In this document: piece after piece, positions 37,263-43,787 of the stretch
Layout of the letters: the number at the start of each line of letters is the position of its first letter
Position numbering within the stretch: position 1 is the stretch's first letter
Assembly (NCBI GenBank): GCA_038317055.1
Contig: JBBQBA010000001.1
Location: 24,153-88,152, forward strand
DNA length: 64,000 bases
Reading direction: 5' to 3'
From: Candidatus Saccharimonadales bacterium
Lineage (GTDB): Bacteria > Patescibacteriota > Saccharimonadia > Saccharimonadales > DATKHC01
The notes under the pieces: generated by a model
What the model was told of the DNA's origin: nothing
Databases searched by the model: none
The model's input: the letters and a program-made list of their open reading frames with translations, nothing else
Made by a program: the position numbers and the translations under genes

Positions 37263-38258
37263 CTATTGCTGTTGAGCAAATATCACACCATCATAAACTG
37301 AACTTGGACAAGTAGAAGTTTGACCACTACATGTAATTATATTAAGACTAGGTCTTGTAGCGTCCACGGGTGTGATTGCTTCTTCCATGGATACCCCATC
37401 TTTACCAAAGTTAGATATTTTTACTATTTTGTAATTTAATTTAGAATTATCACCTTTTACAATTTGGAAGCTGTCATTTACTTTTAGTTTTGAGATACTT
37501 GCAAAAACGCCAGCACTTTCACCATTTGAAGTAAATCCATCCAATATGACTGCACCGGTTTGACCAGGAAGACTACTTTCTTGCCACCAACCAACATTTG
37601 AAATATTACTTGGCGAACCTAAGTAATTTTTATTTTTACTCAAATTTACTGGGGTTATCATGCTTGAAGAATTAAGTTTTGGTATATTTAAGTACTTTGG
37701 TAAATCAGGTGCCACACTATAATTTGCAACTTGATTTGCGGAAGGCTCTGTCGATGAAGGATATGGTTGAGTATTTACTGGGTTTATACTATTTGATAAT
37801 GAAAAGCCACCGAACTGAGTAGATTTAATTGTACTATTTGATTGTGCTTGAGCAATGTTTCTATTATTTAAGTTAATAAATACAAATGCCGCACCTGCAA
37901 CTAGTACTATAGCTACAAAAGATGTGAGTACTACAAATTTTTTTGTAATTTGATTCATCTTTAGGCTAAAACGACTATATTTACTATCTTCGTATTCGCC
38001 ACTGTAGTTATTTAAATATATTGGTGCACTAAATTGCTGTTCTAATACATTATCTGAATTGGTTATTTGTACTGGATTTAATCTGGCTGGTGGAGTGACA
38101 GAATCATTTTTCGAATTCTGAACCACTAATGATGCTCTATTTAAACTAGTAATAACAACCGGACGTGGACGTGGTATATATTGAGTTGGCCTAGAATAGT
38201 GTTTATTTTGACCCGCAGTCGTAAAACCCTCGAGGTTGCTCAATGGCTGATTAGCCAT
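37263..38258 (-). CDS. membrane-anchored sortase-fold protein lacking the canonical catalytic His and Arg
   Basis: It has a TM helix (FVVLTSFVAIVLVAGAAFVF). The sortase pattern is LNIPKL..ITPV..GWWQESSLPGQTGAVILDGF..KLKVNDSFQIV..LNIITCSG. Cys lies at 37329-37331. Phe (37533-37535) sits where the GH His is expected. There is no His or Arg in the extracellular domain after the motif positions. Confidence 0.65.
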   Translation of the reverse strand: MANQPLSNLEGFTTAGQNKHYSRPTQYIPRPRPVVITSLNRASLVVQNSKNDSVTPPARLNPVQITNSDNVLEQQFSAPIYLNNYSGEYEDSKYSRFSLKMNQITKKFVVLTSFVAIVLVAGAAFVFINLNNRNIAQAQSNSTIKSTQFGGFSLSNSINPVNTQPYPSSTEPSANQVANYSVAPDLPKYLNIPKLNSSSMITPVNLSKNKNYLGSPSNISNVGWWQESSLPGQTGAVILDGFTSNGESAGVFASISKLKVNDSFQIVKGDNSKLNYKIVKISNFGKDGVSMEEAITPVDATRPSLNIITCSGQTSTCPSSVYDGVIFAQQQ

Positions 38259-38449
38259 AGCTATCTCCTTAAACTTTTTATGTTTGTTTAAATTTTATTT
38301 CACACGATAAATGTTCGTTATAAGGTTAGTAAGTTAAACTTTATGTCTGCAGCGATTTTTGCTGTAGATCCCTGAACTTTTTCACTTTTTAAGTTTTTCT
38401 TTCCTTATGAATACCATAAGTATTACGAATTTCTAAATATATGTCAAGG

Positions 38450-38803
38450 TTATATTTCTTCTGTAAGAATAATGTCTGTACCAGGTCCCTTATATATAGC
38501 AGATGCAGTAATAGTTGCGTCTAATTCACCTTCAACTTCACCGGTTTCAACAAATACACCAGCTTCTTGATCTATATGTCCACTAACTAATTGGGTTACA
38601 GCTTCGACTAAAGGAAGTGAACCGTTATCATCCTTAGTAATTTTCTCTTCATCAATAGCAACTAACTTGAGCGCAAGGTCACCACATGTATTTGGAATCA
38701 ATTGATAATTAGGCGTCCTAAAAAGTTCATCAGCTGATGGGGCGAAGCTGCCTGCTCGAAAGCGGCGGGGGATTTTTGTATTTGTTGGATTTTGATAAAA
38801 CAT
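38450..38803 (-). CDS. hypothetical protein
   Basis: 117-aa acidic ORF between sodX and the sortase-like gene. No family recognised. Confidence 0.4.
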   Translation of the reverse strand: MFYQNPTNTKIPRRFRAGSFAPSADELFRTPNYQLIPNTCGDLALKLVAIDEEKITKDDNGSLPLVEAVTQLVSGHIDQEAGVFVETGEVEGELDATITASAIYKGPGTDIILTEEI

Positions 38804-38875
38804 ACTGTTACTTTTATTATAGATCTTATGCTAATAGGTATCAAATCTATTATCAATGATTTATATCACAATTAC

Positions 38876-39160
38876 TTAGCTTAACAGAGGCCAGATAATT
38901 TTTCCTTTTATTTGATTCTTATTTAACCAACCAAAAGTCCGGCTGTCTGTACTATATTCTGAATTATCACCCAGAACATATATTTTTGAACCTTTGGTAT
39001 ATTTAACTCTTTTAACAATTTCATGGTCATCAAAATTCAATATTACAACATCACCAATATTAACTTCAGTATTTTTCGATGCAACTAGGAGTTTACCTGG
39101 TTTAATTGTCGGCATCATACTTTTACCTAAGGCTTGTCTAATTATAAATTGACGTTTCAT
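38876..39160 (-). CDS. sodX: S26-family signal-peptidase-like NiSOD maturation protease
   Basis: GKSMMPTIKPG is the catalytic Ser motif, and VKRV supplies the Lys. It lies 4 nt downstream of sodN. The start was trimmed to ATG 39160 (MKRQFIIRQ). Confidence 0.75.
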   Translation of the reverse strand: MKRQFIIRQALGKSMMPTIKPGKLLVASKNTEVNIGDVVILNFDDHEIVKRVKYTKGSKIYVLGDNSEYSTDSRTFGWLNKNQIKGKIIWPLLS

Positions 39161-39164
39161 TGTC

Positions 39165-39554
39165 TTAAACTTTTTTCGTTTCCCAAAATATTTTAGATAT
39201 CTCTTCAATTTGATCGAGTAGTTTTTGACCTTCATCTGGATCTGTAGTTTTTTTAGTAACTCCAGCCTGTTTAGTTGCTTTCCATAATAGATCATGCAAA
39301 TTTGGAAACTTTTCTAGATGTTCTGGTTTAAAATAGTCAGTCCATAACACCCATAGATGGTTCTTTACAAGATCTGCTCGCTGTTCTTTTATAAAAATTG
39401 CTCTGGTTTTATCTTCGTTATGTAAATCAGAATATTTTTTCATTATTTCATGAACTGACTGTGCTTCGACTTTCGCTTGTACCGGGTCATATACGCCACA
39501 AGGGAGATCGCAGTGAGCATAAACCGGTTTAATAAATCTATTTAGAATTTTCAT
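39165..39554 (-). CDS. sodN: nickel superoxide dismutase precursor
   Basis: The Ni-hook HCDLPCGVYDP has its His codon at 39513-39515 and is preceded by a 13-aa leader, MKILNRFIKPVYA. A GGAGGAT SD lies at 39561-39567 (minus strand). Confidence 0.9.
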   Translation of the reverse strand: MKILNRFIKPVYAHCDLPCGVYDPVQAKVEAQSVHEIMKKYSDLHNEDKTRAIFIKEQRADLVKNHLWVLWTDYFKPEHLEKFPNLHDLLWKATKQAGVTKKTTDPDEGQKLLDQIEEISKIFWETKKV

Positions 39555-39604
39555 AATACCATCCTCCAATAAATTACTGATAGAGGTATTATAGTCCACT
39601 AAAT

Positions 39605-40258
39605 TTAAGGTTTAAACTTTTTGTGTTCTTCTCGCCAACGTTCAATTTCTTTATGGTTACCGTTTAATAAGACTTCAGGAACTTTAATGCCACGAAACTC
39701 CTCAGGTCTAGTGTATTGAGGAAATTCAATAGTTTCATCATCATCCTGAAAAGATTCTATATCCTTAGAATTTTCTCCTCCCAATACTCCCGGTAATAAT
39801 CTGACAACACTATCTAGTATTGTCATAGCAGGTATTTCGCCACCGGTTAATATATAGTTACCAATACAAAATTGCTCATCGACTATTTCAATGATCCGTT
39901 CATCATAACCTTCATATCTTGGACAGATTATAATTAGTCCTTTATTTTCTTTAGCAAGCTGTTTGGCAGTAGATTGTTTATAAGCTTTACCACGTGGTGT
40001 TGGGAGAACAACTGTTGCTTTATTGTCTATTCGTTTTGCATACTCAACAGCCGCATATAATGGCTCAGGTAGAAGTAACATGCCATCACCTCCTCCGTAA
40101 GGTGTATCATCAACATTCTTACGCTTACCAATTCCAAATTGTCTTAAATCTATCACACCAAACTCAACAGCGCCATTATTCTGGGCTTTCCACAACATGC
40201 TTGAATTTAATACACCAGTAAACATGTCAGGGAATAAAGTTATTAATTGAATTTTCAT
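39605..40258 (-). CDS. trmD: tRNA (guanine37-N1)-methyltransferase
   Basis: MKIQLITLFPDMF..DDTPYGGGDGMLL..CPRYEGYDERI..GNYILTGGEIPAM. The start was trimmed to ATG 40258. Confidence 0.9.
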   Translation of the reverse strand: MKIQLITLFPDMFTGVLNSSMLWKAQNNGAVEFGVIDLRQFGIGKRKNVDDTPYGGGDGMLLLPEPLYAAVEYAKRIDNKATVVLPTPRGKAYKQSTAKQLAKENKGLIIICPRYEGYDERIIEIVDEQFCIGNYILTGGEIPAMTILDSVVRLLPGVLGGENSKDIESFQDDDETIEFPQYTRPEEFRGIKVPEVLLNGNHKEIERWREEHKKFKP

Positions 40259-40281
40259 AAATAATCTTCTCTTAAAACACA

Positions 40282-40306
40282 TTGACCCGACAAACTGTCG
40301 GGTCAA
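40282..40306 (-). terminator. perfect 10-bp stem-loop followed by a T-run, 23 nt upstream of the trmD start
   Basis: On the minus strand: TTGACCCGAC-AGTTT-GTCGGGTCAA, then TGTGTTTTAAG. Confidence 0.45.
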
Positions 40307-40417
40307 TTATGCCACATAAAGCTCCCATATATTTTTGAAAACATATGGCTCGCAATGAGCAGTGGTTTTAACTTCTTGTTAATTAACTTACGCGTCTCGA
40401 GTCGTAAGTGTTAATTA

Positions 40418-40915
40418 CTATACATCAAGATCATCTAGGTCCGCAAGCTCTTTTCGAGCTTTGCTGATTCGATCACTGTGATCTGACTGTTCTGAGGCTA
40501 AGTCTTCTTCAACTGCTGCATCCTCAACGCTTGTATCTTCAACCTTATCTTCTTCTACTTTAGGATGGCTTTCTTCAACGGGTGTATCGTTATGCTCGCT
40601 ATGTTCATGACGTTCTGGACGTTCTGAGTTTCTTTCGTCAAATGATGGACGACCATTGAATCCACCACTAGGATCTATAATCTTTAGGTTATAACGAGCG
40701 TCCTGCTTTGTACCTAAGGCTCTCAATAATGTACGTAAACTTTGAGCAGTTGCTCCACGCTTACCAATAACCCGCCCAAGGTCTTCAGGATCAACTGTTA
40801 ACTCTAGTAGTACACCTTTTTCATCAATGCGACGCTCAATTTTTACTTCATCAGGTTTAGATACAAGGGACTTAACAATGTACTCTATGAATTGTTGGTC
40901 AATAGTATTACTCAT
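40418..40915 (-). CDS. KH-domain RNA-binding protein (YlqC/UPF0109-like) with long acidic tail
   Basis: VLLELTVDPEDLGRVIGKRGATAQSLRTLL is a KH GxxG motif. It sits downstream of rpsP, as in the conserved rpsP-KH arrangement. Confidence 0.8.
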   Translation of the reverse strand: MSNTIDQQFIEYIVKSLVSKPDEVKIERRIDEKGVLLELTVDPEDLGRVIGKRGATAQSLRTLLRALGTKQDARYNLKIIDPSGGFNGRPSFDERNSERPERHEHSEHNDTPVEESHPKVEEDKVEDTSVEDAAVEEDLASEQSDHSDRISKARKELADLDDLDV

Positions 40916-41018
40916 AATTTTGGCACCTTCCTCATTTACAGAAATTGATATTCTAATTATATTACAGTTCTTGGAATTTGTTCAAAATTAGCACCTAAGA
41001 CAGTGCTTACTTAGAGAT

Positions 41019-41549
41019 TTATTCTTCTTTTGATTCTTCTATTGCTGGTTTTTCAGCTTTGATTTTATGTTTTTCACTAACCTTTTCTTCTGATATTTCT
41101 TTTTTAGTTGTATCTTCTGCTGCTTCTTCGGTTATAACTTCTTCTGTTGGAGTTTCATCTTTTATAGCTTCATCAACAGGCTCGTCTACTTTCATTTCAG
41201 CCTCAACTACTTCTGGTTCAGCTACAACTTCTTCTACGGGTCTATTCTTACGTAGTTTGTCTTTATTCTTGATATTACCAGTTTTTTTAGTTGGCATTTT
41301 AACCCAACTAGGTATATCTACTTTTTCATGCTGTAAGATTCTAATTACCCTATCAGATGGTTGTGCACCATTTGAAAGGTAAAAGGCTATTTTATCTTTA
41401 TCGATATTTGTTACTTTTGCATGAGGATCGTAGTTACCAACTAAAGCCACTATATTTCCACTCGTAGGAGTTCTTCGAGAATCTTGAACAACAACCCTAA
41501 ATTGGGCTGAGCCTTTTCTTCCTGTTCTTTGCATTCGTATAGCTAACAT
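41019..41549 (-). CDS. rpsP: 30S ribosomal protein S16 with ~90-aa charged C-terminal extension
   Basis: MLAIRMQRTGRKGSAQFRVVVQDSRRTPTSG.. is the bS16 N-terminus. The tail is rich in E/K/V. Confidence 0.9.
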   Translation of the reverse strand: MLAIRMQRTGRKGSAQFRVVVQDSRRTPTSGNIVALVGNYDPHAKVTNIDKDKIAFYLSNGAQPSDRVIRILQHEKVDIPSWVKMPTKKTGNIKNKDKLRKNRPVEEVVAEPEVVEAEMKVDEPVDEAIKDETPTEEVITEEAAEDTTKKEISEEKVSEKHKIKAEKPAIEESKEE

Positions 41550-41631
41550 ATTCAGTAGATCTTGGTGATTTCCTTAATTAAACTTTAGTATCGTATTAAC
41601 TAAGTTATTTTACAGGGGAGCTCCTCTGTTG

Positions 41632-42336
41632 TCAATTACTTTGGGCATATTCGTCAAGTGCTGCTTGAGCTGCTGCAATTTGTCCAGCTTGTTTACTTGG
41701 ACCATTTCCCTTACCTTTAAGTTTCCCACGAACAAACACGCCAACCGTAAATGCTTTGTCGTGGTCGGGGCCTTCTTCACTCAATACTTTGTATATTGGA
41801 GTTAGGTTTTCCATACTTTGAACCATTTCCTGTAAATGAGACTTTGGATCCATCCAAGAACCAGTTTCCAATATATTATCGAAGGTAACTAATAGGCTTT
41901 TTTCAATAAATATTTTAGAAGCTTCATATCCTTGATCCAAATAAAGCGCACCTATTACCGCTTCATACGAGTTTGCCATTATTTGAGCTCTTGCTCTAGC
42001 CGTACCTTGCTTTTCACCTCTACTAAGCCTTAACAAAGGCTCAAAATTTAGCCTGGTCGCTGCCGCACTAATACTCTCAGTTCTTACAAGTGCGCTCCGC
42101 CAGTTCGTAAGTACACCTTCAGGATCTTTAAAGCGTTTGTATAAATATTCTGTTGATACTAGTTCAAGCACGGCATCACCTAGAAACTCTAAACGCTCAT
42201 TATGCTCATGAACTGTTTTTCTGTGTTCATTAACATAAGATCTGTGAGTAAAAGCCGTGATAAGAATTTGAAGATCATTAAAAGTAACCCCAATAACATC
42301 ACTGGCAAATTTCTGGTATTGGTTAGAGTCTTGCAT
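41632..42336 (-). CDS. rnc: ribonuclease III
   Basis: The signature NERLEFLGDAVLELV is present. The C-terminal dsRBD reads GPDHDKAFTV..GNGPSKQAGQIAAAQAAL. Confidence 0.9.
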   Translation of the reverse strand: MQDSNQYQKFASDVIGVTFNDLQILITAFTHRSYVNEHRKTVHEHNERLEFLGDAVLELVSTEYLYKRFKDPEGVLTNWRSALVRTESISAAATRLNFEPLLRLSRGEKQGTARARAQIMANSYEAVIGALYLDQGYEASKIFIEKSLLVTFDNILETGSWMDPKSHLQEMVQSMENLTPIYKVLSEEGPDHDKAFTVGVFVRGKLKGKGNGPSKQAGQIAAAQAALDEYAQSN

Positions 42337-42820
42337 GTCTGATTTTTTTAAGTGCTAATAGCATTAACTTTCCTATATCTTCGTATTCAATTTTATCTAG
42401 TGCATCATTAGATAGCAACCATTTAACATCATTCATCCAATCTTCAGGTTTTAATGTGTCAGTGTCACCAAGTGCTTGTACCAGATATATTTCAGTTGTC
42501 ATTAAGACCAGACTATCTGTTCTACGATATCGAAAATGTATCTTACCGAGCCAATTCATAACCTTCATTTGTTGAAGGCCTGTTTCTTCTCGAACTTCCC
42601 GCTCTGCAGTATCTCTAGGTGCTTCCCCAGTTTCTATATGTCCTTTTGGTATTGTCCAACGGTTTTTTGCATCTTGAATTAGAAGAAACTCAATTTGATT
42701 AGCTTTATTTCTTCTAAATATAATTCCACCGGCTGTTGGTTCATGAAGAACTTCTTTTATAGACGGTCGTCTGGTATGTACGAATTGTCGAAAACCTTTT
42801 ATCGGCTTGGGTCTTTTCAT
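42323..42820 (-). CDS. NUDIX hydrolase
   Basis: The Nudix box is GHIETGEAPRDTAEREVREETGL. Confidence 0.8.
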   Translation of the reverse strand: MKRPKPIKGFRQFVHTRRPSIKEVLHEPTAGGIIFRRNKANQIEFLLIQDAKNRWTIPKGHIETGEAPRDTAEREVREETGLQQMKVMNWLGKIHFRYRRTDSLVLMTTEIYLVQALGDTDTLKPEDWMNDVKWLLSNDALDKIEYEDIGKLMLLALKKIRHARL

Positions 42821-42822
42821 AA

Positions 42823-43335
42823 TTATTTCTTCTTCTTAGATTCTTTCTTGATCGGTTTCTTATTTGCAGGTTTTTTACTGGCTAATTCTTTTTGGTGAGC
42901 TTCAATGGTCTTTTCGTTATCACGATAAAGAGTACCGAGCACTCCATTAATAAATTTAGATGAGTTATCTCCACCAAACGCTTTGGCGAGTTCAACAGCT
43001 TCATTAATAACTACTTTTGGTGGAACTTCTCGTTCGTTTAATAGCTCGTATGTTCCGATATACAGGACTATTCGATCCATGCGAGCTATCTGGCTTATCG
43101 GCCAGTCAGGAGCTACTGGTTGAAGTAACTTTTCGAGTCTGTCCCTTTCGGTATCAACTCCTTTTATGAGTCGTTCTATAAAATTTCGATCTTCGACTGT
43201 GTCATGATATCGTTCTATGTTTCGCTTAGTGACTTGCTCCAGGTTAAAACTTTTATCGTTGCACTCCTTACGAAAGTCCTGCTCGTATAGGGTTTGTAGT
43301 GCAATGATGCGGCCAAGATGTCGATTTGATGCCAT
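42823..43335 (-). CDS. nusB: transcription antitermination factor NusB with Lys-rich tail
   Basis: [38 protein letters not shown] is present. The tail reads [17 protein letters not shown]. Confidence 0.85.
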   Translation of the reverse strand: MASNRHLGRIIALQTLYEQDFRKECNDKSFNLEQVTKRNIERYHDTVEDRNFIERLIKGVDTERDRLEKLLQPVAPDWPISQIARMDRIVLYIGTYELLNEREVPPKVVINEAVELAKAFGGDNSSKFINGVLGTLYRDNEKTIEAHQKELASKKPANKKPIKKESKKKK

Positions 43336-43381
43336 ATTGTTAAAACCTCATTTGTCTTTGCTAATTTTAGGCTAGCAAAAC

Positions 43382-43528
43382 TTATTTAGCTTTTTTGCTG
43401 CTCTCTTTTCGAGTAGTAAAAGCTTTTACTGGAGACTTAGCGTTCACTTTACGTGCAAGCTTCAGAACTTCATGACTGCGTCTAGTGCCTGTACGGCGAG
43501 GCGTTGTTCGCTTCTTAGGTTTTCCCAC
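43382..43528 (-). CDS. rpmF: 50S ribosomal protein L32 (not in the supplied ORF track)
   Basis: Manual translation gives (GTG)MGKPKKRTTPRRTGTRRSHEVLKLARKVNAKSPVKAFTTRKESSKKAK, 48 aa. AGGAG lies about 10 nt upstream. The KKRT..RR.H pattern is typical of bL32. Confidence 0.75.
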   Translation of the reverse strand: MGKPKKRTTPRRTGTRRSHEVLKLARKVNAKSPVKAFTTRKESSKKAK

Positions 43529-43787
43529 GGTTAGTTTGCTCCTACTTGTGTTATTTTATGAACGCTACTTTAAGGGTAACGTATTTTTTAAATCAACTCA
43601 AGATAAAACATCCTGCCAAAAACCTCACAAAATCTATTCTATTGAAATTTGCTGCGGAAAAGCTGAAGACAAATACAACAGTAGTATTTATGCTTAACTT
43701 AACCACGGTAACTATTACCGAATTATATTAAACTGTCTATATTTTTTCTTTAAATGAATTAAATCAAACCAAATAAGTTTAATAGTT

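Noticed and set aside
39165-39599. Longer N-termini for sodN (144 aa), sodX (139 aa, overlapping sodN) and trmD (233 aa)
   Set aside because: Internal ATGs give canonical N-termini: the 13-aa NiSOD leader with a GGAGGAT SD, MKRQ.. for sodX 4 nt after the sodN stop, and MKIQLITLFPDMF for trmD. The extended trmD frame also runs through a 10-bp hairpin.
43485-43731. Two overlapping plus-strand ORFs (70 and 61 aa)
   Set aside because: The region is better explained by rpmF on the minus strand plus an AT-rich promoter spacer. The ORF products have no coherent composition.
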